A stretch of DNA of 35,213 bases, taken from the IMG/VR virus record IMGVR_UViG_3300006103_000040, positions 1-35,213 of that record; one strand, written 5' to 3'. Shown here piece by piece: positions 1 to 8,560 of this stretch (position 1 is the first letter of the stretch; every line of letters begins with the position of its first letter). Source of the DNA: a virus (lineage: Duplodnaviria > Caudoviricetes). Both the position numbers and the translations under genes were made by a program. The notes under the pieces are model-generated. The model did not search any database. It was given only the letters and a program-made list of their open reading frames with translations, and was not told the origin of the DNA.

Positions 1-1058
1 AAGAAGGATGATGAGTAACCGATGGAGTCTGCAGTGACCTTGCCACCACGCATCTTCCATAGGAGTGTCTGAGTAGTAATGATCACTGGCTTGTTGATTT
101 TCTGTGCGAGCCTCTTCAACCCACGAGTGATGTTGGTGATTGCTTGGGGAGTATTCATCTCTCCTGAGATTTCATCGAGCATCAGGTACACACCATCTAC
201 AAAGACAACGTCTGGCTTTGTCTGTTGGATCTTTGCGGCTAATGATGAGACGGTCAATCCATTGACTGCATCCACCAAGTGAAATGATTGCATTGTCTCG
301 ATTCTATTAAGAGAAGCGATGTAGCGAGCATCTTCTGTTGGTGTTAACTTTCCTCGGCGCAATCGAGTGTGAGAGATGTTTGCGCGGATAGAGTCGTGAC
401 GCTGCTGCTGCTCTTTGTTGTTCATTTCAAAAGACTGGAACATAGGGACTTTGCCCTGCTCGTGGATGTTGATAGCGATCTTCAAAGCGATCTGAGACTT
501 ACCAGTCTTTGGTGGAGCGATGATCGTGATCAACTGTCCGCCTTGTAAGCCAGCAGTTGCTTCATCAATCTTCTCAAAGCCTGTAGGTATTCCTAAGAAC
601 TCTTGGTTCTGCAGTGACAGATACTCTTTGTAGCGTTCATCGACATTCTTGGACAAGTCCATCTCGTGAGTGCCAAGGACACCCTGCTCGTTAACACGGG
701 TGAGCGTTCCCTCCATAGCGATGAGGGCTGCTTCGTGATTGGAATCTTGCAGGTGCTCAATCGCAGACTCTAATCCTTGACGAGTGAGCAGGTTGCGACG
801 GAATGTGACCATCGTGTCAAGTAAGTAATCAATGGTGTCTTCTACGTCGAGCACCTTGTAATTTGGATAGTGGTCTTTAACGACGACTGCTGTTGGCACT
901 TCGTTGTACTCGTTGTAGTGAGTAATGACGAACTCCCACACACGGCGGTTGTCATCATCAAGAAACCAATTCGCCTTTACATCACGTTGAAGGGCTGGGA
1001 GCAAATCTCTATCCCGAATCACTTTGCTTACTAAGCGATGCTCATTATCTGCTGCCAT
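1..1058 (-). CDS. dnaB: DnaB-like replicative helicase (3' end outside window)
   Basis: Not in the ORF track; translated by hand from ATG at 1058 with GGAGG upstream: MAADNEHRLVSKVIRDRD...GIPTGFEKIDEATAGLQGGQLITIIAPPKTGKSQ (Walker A)...FQSFEM...DVVFVDGVYLM (Walker B)...ITRGLKRLAQKINKPVIITTQ. Confidence 0.95.
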   Translation of the reverse strand, partial: MAADNEHRLVSKVIRDRDLLPALQRDVKANWFLDDDNRRVWEFVITHYNEYNEVPTAVVVKDHYPNYKVLDVEDTIDYLLDTMVTFRRNLLTRQGLESAIEHLQDSNHEAALIAMEGTLTRVNEQGVLGTHEMDLSKNVDERYKEYLSLQNQEFLGIPTGFEKIDEATAGLQGGQLITIIAPPKTGKSQIALKIAINIHEQGKVPMFQSFEMNNKEQQQRHDSIRANISHTRLRRGKLTPTEDARYIASLNRIETMQSFHLVDAVNGLTVSSLAAKIQQTKPDVVFVDGVYLMLDEISGEMNTPQAITNITRGLKRLAQKINKPVIITTQTLLWKMRGGKVTADSIGYSSSF

Positions 1059-1068
1059 TGTGCCCCTC

Positions 1069-1485
1069 CTACAAGTTTTCTAGTTCTACTCCCCAAGACC
1101 CGTACCGAGCGACTCTACCAGGTAAATCTACTACCCCTTTAAAGTTTGCTCTGTAGGGCAGGTCATCAATAAAGTTATCGATGTCGTCATACAGTTCTGC
1201 GTAGTTAAATGGGTTGGCACCTCTTCGGTCTAGCCTCTCCATAAAATCTTCTAAGTGTTTCTCAGTCCAGTCATCTGTTGCATATGCTGCTAACTCTAAT
1301 GACAGTCCGTACTTATTTCCTAAATCCCACAGGCGCTTTAACGCTAAGGCGTTGAGTCTAGTTATCTTCTTCTCGGTCGATGTCCTAAGTAGTTTCTTTG
1401 TGTCCACCATTTCGCTGATAACCACAACGTCAATAAGGACAATAATACGAGGAGGCGTTTCGTTCGAGATGTCACCATTCTTCAT
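1069..1485 (-). CDS. hypothetical protein in replication operon
   Basis: 138 aa ORF; ATGA overlap with upstream gene, ends 10 nt before dnaB. Confidence 0.8.
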   Translation of the reverse strand: MKNGDISNETPPRIIVLIDVVVISEMVDTKKLLRTSTEKKITRLNALALKRLWDLGNKYGLSLELAAYATDDWTEKHLEDFMERLDRRGANPFNYAELYDDIDNFIDDLPYRANFKGVVDLPGRVARYGSWGVELENL

Positions 1486-1790
1486 ATGACCTCAATAGTA
1501 GAGTACTTTAAAATCAGTTCTCTAAAACGGACAGGGTCATCGATAGCCTCAGCAACCTCTTCTTCGCTGACACCTTTAGGAACACTGATTGCGTAGTGAC
1601 CCTTGTTAATTCGACTGCGGATGTTGACGTACTGAGTGTGTTTGCATGAGCCCTTCTTCTTCCAGACTGGGCATGTGCAGCGAGTGTCTTTACTCTCAGT
1701 ATCAATCTCAACCTCAAAGACACCAGCGCCCTGATCAGAGATAAACAACTGTATGGTGCGCCAACTGGTGTCCATACTCATCTCCTTCAT
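1482..1790 (-). CDS. SWIM zinc-finger protein
   Basis: CTC-x8-CKH matches CxC-xn-CxH, preceded by the beta-strand VFEVEID. Confidence 0.8.
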   Translation of the reverse strand: MKEMSMDTSWRTIQLFISDQGAGVFEVEIDTESKDTRCTCPVWKKKGSCKHTQYVNIRSRINKGHYAISVPKGVSEEEVAEAIDDPVRFRELILKYSTIEVI

Positions 1791-2503
1791 GCCATGCCTC
1801 GTAGGTCTGAGCCAACAATAGGGACCTGTACAAAGGCTTCTTGGGCAAAACTTGCCATAGCCTCTGAGTAGTTTGCTTCCCAGTTCTCAAGTTTAACATT
1901 TGTCGTCACGATTGTTGGTAAAGCCCTGTCGTATCTTAGGCGAAGAATTTCATCAAAGGAGGCATCGTCGTACTTTGATCCGTACTCCTTGCCCAGATCA
2001 TCAATGATCAAGAGGCGGACATTGAGCCAGTCAAACCGTGACCTGCCATGTAGCCCATCGATGCGGTCGGTAACGCTGTGGTCTGTCTCGCTATCAAAGG
2101 TTGACTTCTTTAACGATAAGAACTCTGGGTAGGTAAGGTAATGGATAGGGCGAAAACTCATACCAAAGTCTGAGGTCTTGATACCAAAGGCATGGCAAAG
2201 GGCAGCGTCATCATCAGGCAACCTGCGGATGATCTCCATGGCAGCAACAACTGCATGAGTCGTCTTACCAATACCTGGCCCACCATCGAAGAGCAGACCA
2301 ACGCCAGTGGTTCCAATGCTTCCAATGTTCTTAATGACCTGACCTTCTAGGACAGTGTCAATCCAGTCACGTATCTCATCTGGAAAGTATCCAGCCTTCT
2401 TAACAATGTCTGAGGGTTCTAGTCCTAAGAATCGTGTAGGGATATTGGATGTGCGCAGTAACCAGTGTCGCTTTAGCGAAGATAGTTCACTGATGTCGTA
2501 CAT
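1787..2503 (-). CDS. DnaC/IstB-like AAA+ helicase loader
   Basis: Walker A GGPGIGKT, Walker B LLIIDDLGKE, RYDRALPTIVTTN, C-terminal GSDLR; lies between initiator and DnaB. Confidence 0.9.
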   Translation of the reverse strand: MYDISELSSLKRHWLLRTSNIPTRFLGLEPSDIVKKAGYFPDEIRDWIDTVLEGQVIKNIGSIGTTGVGLLFDGGPGIGKTTHAVVAAMEIIRRLPDDDAALCHAFGIKTSDFGMSFRPIHYLTYPEFLSLKKSTFDSETDHSVTDRIDGLHGRSRFDWLNVRLLIIDDLGKEYGSKYDDASFDEILRLRYDRALPTIVTTNVKLENWEANYSEAMASFAQEAFVQVPIVGSDLRGMA

Positions 2504-2782
2504 CTATGCCTTGAAGGTTAGTTCGCCAGCAAATGAAGTGACCTTGCCTGCAGCATCTACTTGCTCTCCAGCAACCATCTTCACGCTCTTGCGTGGGGTT
2601 AGTTCCAATACCTTTGACTTAATCCAGCGCTTGCCTGCTGATGCGTTCTTCCATGCAGTCAACTGTGTGAGTTCAGAGGTTCCATCTTCGGCAGTGAGGG
2701 ATACAACCGCCATCCATCCTCCACCTTGTTCTGCGTTGAGTGTGAGATCTGCAGTGAACTTCTTAGTTACTTTCTTAGCCAT
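2504..2782 (-). CDS. hypothetical protein
   Basis: 92 aa ORF with strong SD (GAGGAG) and an A/C-rich leader. Confidence 0.8.
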   Translation of the reverse strand: MAKKVTKKFTADLTLNAEQGGGWMAVVSLTAEDGTSELTQLTAWKNASAGKRWIKSKVLELTPRKSVKMVAGEQVDAAGKVTSFAGELTFKA

Positions 2783-2855
2783 GTTGCTCCTCGTGTTATT
2801 AGGTGTGTTGTTGCTAATGTGATTAGAACTACCAGTATGTAGCCAAATACTTCTC

Positions 2856-3866
2856 TCACTTGCTCGCTCCTTTTAGCCGCTCTTCATGTCGCTGCATCTG
2901 TGCACGACCTGACATCGTGTTCTGGAATACGCGACCATCGCTGGCAGTGAGGACACTAGCAGATCTCTTTGGCGTTTCGTCAAACTCTTTGCTGGCGATT
3001 CTAGATAGGCCTAGGTTCTGTCGTGCTTGGTTCATCTTGGTGCGGAAGGAAGCAAGGTAGCGCTTGTAGAGATGCGGCGCTTCATCCCCGACATCTGTGA
3101 AGTTGCGTTCATCCGCCATGAAGAGGCGAAGAAGTTCTAACTCAATGAGTGGGGTGGTTTGGTATTGGGACCTGAATTTGGCAAGGGCTCCTGAGAGTTG
3201 TTTGACGTTGACTGTTCCTGGTAGTAGCGGGAACTTCCTGCCAACTCTGTAAGAGAACTCAGCAGCGACGTCCATGGCAGTCCACTCATGCTCTGGTCTT
3301 TTTCCACGGGTTCTGGGATCGTTCTTTCGGACCTTAGGCTGTGGCGCATCCCTGTCCTCAACAAGCCCAAAGCCTGCAAGATCTTCGCCATCGTCGTAGC
3401 CTTTCATTGGGATAAGGATTTCCCTTCGAATCTCTGATTCAGAATATTTTAATTTATTACTATTTGTAGTATTGCTACTAGGTACTAGTTGTATATCTGT
3501 AATATTACTATCTGAACTAATGATCACCTTATCAGGTGAGGATGGGTAATCTACCGTCAGTTCAGAATTTCCAGATGGGTAATCTGGCGTCAGTTCAGAT
3601 GGGTAATCCACCGTCAGTTGGTAGATGTTCTTGCCCTTGTAGCCATTGGCTCGCTTGGTGTTGACCACAGTAAAAAATCCCTTGGCTTCCAAGGCTTTGA
3701 GGGCATCTCTGACAGTTCGGTCACTGGATTTGCCAGTCTCACTACCCAACTCGGCTACAGAGGCCTGTAGACGGCCGTCAGAGCCCGAATTCAGGCACAT
3801 ATAGGCCAGGAGTCGGAACTGGTAATCGGTTATGTCGGCTGAATAAGCGCCCTCAGGGATTTTCAC
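2856..3866 (-). CDS. putative replication initiator (N-terminal winged HTH)
   Basis: ASVAELGSETGKSSDRTVRDALKALEAKGFFTV...NIYQL is an HTH typical of phage replisome organisers; internal direct repeats; upstream of loader and helicase. Confidence 0.75.
   Translation of the reverse strand: MKIPEGAYSADITDYQFRLLAYMCLNSGSDGRLQASVAELGSETGKSSDRTVRDALKALEAKGFFTVVNTKRANGYKGKNIYQLTVDYPSELTPDYPSGNSELTVDYPSSPDKVIISSDSNITDIQLVPSSNTTNSNKLKYSESEIRREILIPMKGYDDGEDLAGFGLVEDRDAPQPKVRKNDPRTRGKRPEHEWTAMDVAAEFSYRVGRKFPLLPGTVNVKQLSGALAKFRSQYQTTPLIELELLRLFMADERNFTDVGDEAPHLYKRYLASFRTKMNQARQNLGLSRIASKEFDETPKRSASVLTASDGRVFQNTMSGRAQMQRHEERLKGASK
3441..3619. other. putative replication origin: three iterons plus AT-rich tract inside initiator gene
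   Basis: GATGGGTAATCNNNCGTCAGTT at 3541, 3574 and 3598; inverted repeat TCACCT-tatc-AGGTGA at 3524-3539; AT-rich stretch about 3441-3522. Confidence 0.7.
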
Positions 3867-3872
3867 GGGCGC

Positions 3873-3878
3873 AGACTA
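3873..3878 (-). promoter_or_regulatory. putative leaderless -10 element for the initiator gene
   Basis: TAGTCT, 6 nt, then GTG start; no SD. Confidence 0.5.
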
Positions 3879-4460
3879 CTCCTCAAAGGGATCGACGTCA
3901 TTGCGATCCTCCAGGTGGTCGAGGTGGGCATTGACTTCCTCAGTCAAAAGGGTGACAACCTTGGAGGTGATGTAGCCAGCCAGCAGTTCGACTAGACCCA
4001 TGAAGGTATCTTCGATGGCATCGAGGATCTCATCCTCGTCCATCTCCTCTGGGGCAGAGTCGACCTCGATGACATCCAGGCCATCGATGATGTTCCAAGT
4101 CTCGATGCCGTAATCCTCTACAGAGTGCAGGGCGGTATGGGCTTCGGGACTGTCATCCCATGCGATGGCTAGTACGTCATCAGGGGTGTTGATCATCTTG
4201 ATGACTTCCTTGATGGGGCTGTTGACCTTCGTGAAGTTCTTGGAGCCACTCAAGATGGCATCTGAGAACTCGCTGGATTCTGAGAAGTATGCATGGAACT
4301 CGACGTTATGGCGCTTGATGACGTTCCACACACTCTCAACAAAAACTCTGTTCTTAGTGATCGGAAAGAGCAGGAAAGCATCCTCGTACATAAGTACTAG
4401 TTCTTCTAAGCCAGCAGAGATGTCAATATCCTGAAAAGAAACTACAGAGATTCTCTTCAT
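3876..4460 (-). CDS. hypothetical acidic protein, possibly degenerate SLOG-like fold
   Basis: 194 aa, ATGA-coupled; DVLAIAWDDSPEAHTALHSVEDYGIETW loosely resembles the SLOG/YspA C-terminal motif. The fold call is weak. Confidence 0.7.
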   Translation of the reverse strand: MKRISVVSFQDIDISAGLEELVLMYEDAFLLFPITKNRVFVESVWNVIKRHNVEFHAYFSESSEFSDAILSGSKNFTKVNSPIKEVIKMINTPDDVLAIAWDDSPEAHTALHSVEDYGIETWNIIDGLDVIEVDSAPEEMDEDEILDAIEDTFMGLVELLAGYITSKVVTLLTEEVNAHLDHLEDRNDVDPFEE

Positions 4461-4732
4461 AGGCGTGGCAACTGTCGACGAGCCTCAAGTACTACAGGCT
4501 TGTTTAAGTAGCGATTGATCATTAGTGATAAGAATGCTGCAGAAGGTACAGTCACTATTAATTTTAGATCCCAATATCCGAGAAGATAAAAGGCTCCAAG
4601 ACTTAACGGCATAGGTAGCAGTTTGTTAAGGAGCGATTTATCTACGAGGATGTAGGTAACGAGGTCAAGGAATTCGATGGCATAGGTGACAGCCATTCCT
4701 ATGAGGATTACAGATATGAGTAGGTTAGCCAT
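4457..4732 (-). CDS. small membrane protein (holin-like candidate)
   Basis: 91 aa with 2-3 hydrophobic segments and a basic C-terminus; follows the tail module. Confidence 0.6.
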   Translation of the reverse strand: MANLLISVILIGMAVTYAIEFLDLVTYILVDKSLLNKLLPMPLSLGAFYLLGYWDLKLIVTVPSAAFLSLMINRYLNKPVVLEARRQLPRL

Positions 4733-4738
4733 GGCCGC

Positions 4739-4744
4739 ATACTA
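4739..4744 (-). promoter_or_regulatory. putative leaderless -10 element
   Basis: TAGTAT, 6 nt, then ATG; no SD. Confidence 0.5.
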
Positions 4745-6961
4745 CACGGTCAGGTTGTTGTACTCCACTGTGTCGTAGGTTCGAATACGCCAAAAGGTAT
4801 TCTCTGGAAGCCAGTCAGTAATCGTTTTGGCTAACGCCAGTAGTTTAAGGTCTTTATTTACGTACAAATAGGACGGTGAGTTATTGGCTACCCCTGACCA
4901 AACACAGCCTGATGATGACGGCAAAGACCCATCTATGTAATCTGTAGGAGCAAAGTGAGGAGTAACTGTGGGGTTAAACCTAAATGTGTTTTCAAATTGA
5001 ACGCAGTCAATATAGAAAGTTCCAGCACCACCAGAGAACACTATTTCGTATGTATCTGTAGTAGCAGTGGCATCTGTTAGATCTGTACCATAGATACGGG
5101 TCCAGTCAGCGTATGTTGCCTGTGTGTATGGGTCGTTGTCAATGATGTTTCCATCGGAATCTCTACCAATAAAAGTTAGCAATATGTCAGAGGAAGACTT
5201 CACATACGCAGAACCTGTGTAGTACTTTCCAGGAAGAATAGTTGAGCGGTTAGATGTAAATGTCCATGGACCACTAGCCACAATCTTTGCACTTTTACTT
5301 CCTGAGTACACCTGTGAAGGCACGTCAGATACGGTAGACACTGAAGCAGATCCTGAAAGAGTCCAACTATCTGTGGCATTTGCTTCAAATGATGGGTTAT
5401 AAATCAAGTTTGATTTGTTTGGATTAAGAAGTATGTCTACAGCGCGAGCCTCATCGTATGAGGCAGTTGTTCCAAGTTGAAACGACACACAGTCAACGTA
5501 ATACGTTCCCGCTGCTGACCAAATGATTCCAACGCTTGCATAGGCAGCATCCACGTTGTTGGTAGATGGAACTGCAAAACCTGATTCAGTAGATAACGAT
5601 GTGCCTGTGAAAGAGTTGGATACCGTAAAGGTTGTAGCCGTTATTCCTGTGATAGTTGCACTCGTCAAGTTAAAGCCAGCGGTTGTAAAGCCAGAGATAG
5701 TAACTACCTGTCCAGAGGTGAATGGGTGTGCTGATGCTGTGGTGTAAGTGATAGTTCCAGAAGCGCCTACTGCACTAGCGACTGCTGCAGAGTAGTACTT
5801 GGGAGCAGTTACTGTGTAAGTAAGTTGTTTCCAAGTATTTGTGGCTGATGTGCCTGATGTAGGTGAGAGCGCAGAACCAATTTGAGTACCGTTTTTATCA
5901 AAGAACCGCACCTCTTGCTTAAGTGTTCCAGCACTTGCTGGAGAAATCATCTGAGATGACATTGTGTATTGCGTACCTGGTGTGACTGGGATGCCTCGTA
6001 ATACAGGGATGTCTTTTCCTACAGCCATAGATCCAGCAGCAGAAGCAACAATCTTGCAGGAGTAGTTAAGGTCAATGTAATTTGAAGTAAGTTGAGGTAC
6101 AGGGGCTTCATCAAGACTGTCTGAGATAGTTGCGTTGGTTGCTACCCATTTACCAGTGCTCTTATAAAACGTAGAGTCCTGTGGGCTTAAGAGCAGGTTA
6201 GAAGACACCGTGATCGTAGGTGCGTAATTAGTAAGGGACTCAACGTATGTTGAGAATCCATTTAAAGTTCCCTTGTGCGTGTACATGTACAGTGCTTCAC
6301 GAACTAACTGCTTCTGACTTTTGATTGCCATTCCAGGCTCTGGTGTTAGCCCATAGTTCTGTGTCTCTAACGGAAGAAGTGATAGAGGAGTATTAACTCG
6401 TGTGTGATCTGGCAATAGCAAATCTAAAAAAGTAAGAGATTCATCTAGCGTAAACCCAATACCATCTACAAAGTAGTACAGGTCAGATGTAGGGCTTGGT
6501 TCTCCTAGAGGACTTTGTTCTACGCTGGTGTACACCCGTGGCAAAGATTGAATGATGGAGTCGGTAGTTCCGTGCGCTGATGGAACAATGTCAGTGACCG
6601 CACCAGCAGGCACCCAAACTTTGTCCGATGTAAAAAGAAACATTGCGTAGTAGATAGGCTTTCCAGAAACAATAGGAATGCCCGCAGTATCTTCAATGCC
6701 ACCGCCATCAGTAAAACTAATCTTGCTTACATTTGAAGAGTATTGTTCCCAAACAATGACGCCATCTTCTGAATTTTCAGGCAAACTATTTTGATTTCGT
6801 AATAGACGAATACCTGAGTATGTTCCAGATGGGTATTGCCAGTTAACTACAACTACAGTGGGGTAAACAACCGTAAGAGACATGGGTGATACGGAGTTAG
6901 GTATTTGGTTTGTTTGACCATAAATACTTTCTCCATATATTGCTACGCCATAGTTAGCCAC
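4742..6961 (-). CDS. baseplate wedge/tail protein (P2 gpI-like) with two CBM4/9-like domains
   Basis: LLPLETQNYGL...VREALYMYTHKGTLNG (gpI-like); NLLLSPQDSTF...YYVDCVSF and NLIYNPSFE...FYIDCVQFE (CBM-like jelly rolls). Confidence 0.75.
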   Translation of the reverse strand: MANYGVAIYGESIYGQTNQIPNSVSPMSLTVVYPTVVVVNWQYPSGTYSGIRLLRNQNSLPENSEDGVIVWEQYSSNVSKISFTDGGGIEDTAGIPIVSGKPIYYAMFLFTSDKVWVPAGAVTDIVPSAHGTTDSIIQSLPRVYTSVEQSPLGEPSPTSDLYYFVDGIGFTLDESLTFLDLLLPDHTRVNTPLSLLPLETQNYGLTPEPGMAIKSQKQLVREALYMYTHKGTLNGFSTYVESLTNYAPTITVSSNLLLSPQDSTFYKSTGKWVATNATISDSLDEAPVPQLTSNYIDLNYSCKIVASAAGSMAVGKDIPVLRGIPVTPGTQYTMSSQMISPASAGTLKQEVRFFDKNGTQIGSALSPTSGTSATNTWKQLTYTVTAPKYYSAAVASAVGASGTITYTTASAHPFTSGQVVTISGFTTAGFNLTSATITGITATTFTVSNSFTGTSLSTESGFAVPSTNNVDAAYASVGIIWSAAGTYYVDCVSFQLGTTASYDEARAVDILLNPNKSNLIYNPSFEANATDSWTLSGSASVSTVSDVPSQVYSGSKSAKIVASGPWTFTSNRSTILPGKYYTGSAYVKSSSDILLTFIGRDSDGNIIDNDPYTQATYADWTRIYGTDLTDATATTDTYEIVFSGGAGTFYIDCVQFENTFRFNPTVTPHFAPTDYIDGSLPSSSGCVWSGVANNSPSYLYVNKDLKLLALAKTITDWLPENTFWRIRTYDTVEYNNLTV

Positions 6962-6971
6962 AGGTCAGTCC

Positions 6972-7418
6972 TTATGCTCCAATAAGTAAAAGTGGATTGA
7001 TGCTTGCTTCTGGGGTTGCCCATGAAGCAGATGTTCCATCTGTTGTTAAGTAATTGCCAGCCTGACCTGATTGGCTAGGCAAAGCGTTGATAGTAGACCA
7101 AGCGTAATCGTAATCTGTTCCTGAAGATTTGGTAAGGACTTGTCCAATAGTTCCTCCTGCTGGATTACCTGTCAGAAGGGCTTCGTTAATTCCGTATTCA
7201 ATGTTGGCAAGACGAGCCTTAAGGGTAGACCAGTTAGTAGTGACCTTATCAAATACTCCAACCCAACCAGAACCCGTAGCGATATTGGTACCAAGGTTAG
7301 ACTCAACCGCGCTGACTTCACTCTGAAGGTCGTTAACGTCTGCAGCCTGAACAGTGGTGATGAAGTTTAGTTTTGTGCTAAAGTCGTTCTTGACGTTACT
7401 TGGATAGTACGCAGTCAT
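6972..7418 (-). CDS. short virion fibre-like protein
   Basis: AADVNDLQSEVSAVE helix, two G(Q/N)xLT...W fibre repeats, C-terminal INPLLLIGA. Confidence 0.65.
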   Translation of the reverse strand: MTAYYPSNVKNDFSTKLNFITTVQAADVNDLQSEVSAVESNLGTNIATGSGWVGVFDKVTTNWSTLKARLANIEYGINEALLTGNPAGGTIGQVLTKSSGTDYDYAWSTINALPSQSGQAGNYLTTDGTSASWATPEASINPLLLIGA

Positions 7419-7492
7419 GAGTCTGCCTTTCTGCCTTTAGACTTGTATTTTCTCGTCTTTGTCTTTTGTTTACTGCATAAACCTTAAGGATA

Positions 7493-8560
7493 TTATCCTC
7501 CCATTATTAAGAATAACCCTGAAAAAAGATCTCCAACATCGACAGAGGATGTTCCACTTGACCCCTGTACACCCTGAGTTCCCACACCTATAGAACCTTG
7601 CAGTCCTTGTACACCCTGTACTCCTTGAGTGCCCTGGATAGAAACTCCTTGAGCACCTTGTATACCTTGAGTTCCCGATCCAACTAATCCTTGAACTCCC
7701 TGAGTTCCTTGCTGACCTTGAGAACCTACTGTTCCTTGAGACCCCTGTATCCCCTGAGTTCCTTGACTTCCCTGAATACCTGTTGCGCCTACAGCACCTT
7801 GTAAACCTTGACTACCCTGTGTTCCCAAAGAACCTTGTGTTCCATAAAAACCTTGAGTGCCTTGAACTCCCTGCGATCCCTGATAGCCTTGCAATCCATA
7901 AGGTCCTTGAGTTCCAAGAGCACCCTGTAAACCTTGAAGTCCTTGAGATCCCTGCGTTCCAGATCCCATTGCACCTTGAGTACCTATAGTTCCCTGTGTA
8001 CCTTGAACCCCTTGAGTTCCAGATCCTACAGATCCTTGTAATCCTTGTGTTCCTGACGAACCTTGAGAGCCAGAACTTCCCTGTACACCTTGAATTCCAT
8101 GTCCAGCAATAATTCCCTGAACAGTATTTTGTAAAGAGTACAAAGTTGTTTGTAACGAATACTCTTTTTGTGCAAGAGCAATGAGTGTTGCTGTTACATC
8201 TACCTCTTGAGTTCCGTCATTTTTTGTTACAAGAGTAATTTCATGGTTAATATTGTTAAGGCTTGTAGCATTTGATAACGCTTTTAAATACAATTTTTTA
8301 TTTTTGCCTTGGTTTGTTCCAAAACTACCAAGCCAAATAGGATACTCAGGATCTCCACCAATAAAAGCAACCCACACACCCTGCCCAATAACAGGCACGT
8401 CAGGTGAAGTACTGGAAGGATCAATGGGCCAAGCCCAGTCAGTTACCTCTGACCCTGTAGTTTGTGGGATTGACATACGGAGTCTACGCTGATGCTGAGG
8501 GTCGTTATTGTCTTGAACAACGCCCCTGTAGATTCCGTAATGTCTTTTGATATCATCCAC
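7493..8560 (-). CDS. baseplate spike (gp5/gpV/VgrG OB-fold) fused to a collagen-like region
   Basis: YGIYRGVVQDNNDPQHQRRLRMSIP...WAWP...PVIGQGVWVAFIGGDPEYPIWLG, then about 180 aa of interrupted G-X-Q triplets. Confidence 0.85.
   Translation of the reverse strand: MDDIKRHYGIYRGVVQDNNDPQHQRRLRMSIPQTTGSEVTDWAWPIDPSSTSPDVPVIGQGVWVAFIGGDPEYPIWLGSFGTNQGKNKKLYLKALSNATSLNNINHEITLVTKNDGTQEVDVTATLIALAQKEYSLQTTLYSLQNTVQGIIAGHGIQGVQGSSGSQGSSGTQGLQGSVGSGTQGVQGTQGTIGTQGAMGSGTQGSQGLQGLQGALGTQGPYGLQGYQGSQGVQGTQGFYGTQGSLGTQGSQGLQGAVGATGIQGSQGTQGIQGSQGTVGSQGQQGTQGVQGLVGSGTQGIQGAQGVSIQGTQGVQGVQGLQGSIGVGTQGVQGSSGTSSVDVGDLFSGLFLIMGG
7556..8100 (-). repeat. collagen-like G-X-Q coding repeats
   Basis: 9-nt periodic ccttg/ccctg units encoding GTQ/GVQ/GLQ/GSQ. 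Confidence 0.9.

Noticed and set aside
1787-2503. IS21 IstB helper (mobile element)
   Set aside because: No IstA transposase or terminal repeats; context is initiator-loader-helicase.
3541-3619. Mini-CRISPR array
   Set aside because: Gaps of 11 and 2 bp are too short for spacers, and the repeats are in frame within a gene.
7556-8100. CRISPR array or non-coding repeat (also 33065-35213)
   Set aside because: 9-nt degenerate periodicity without spacers; explained by collagen codons.
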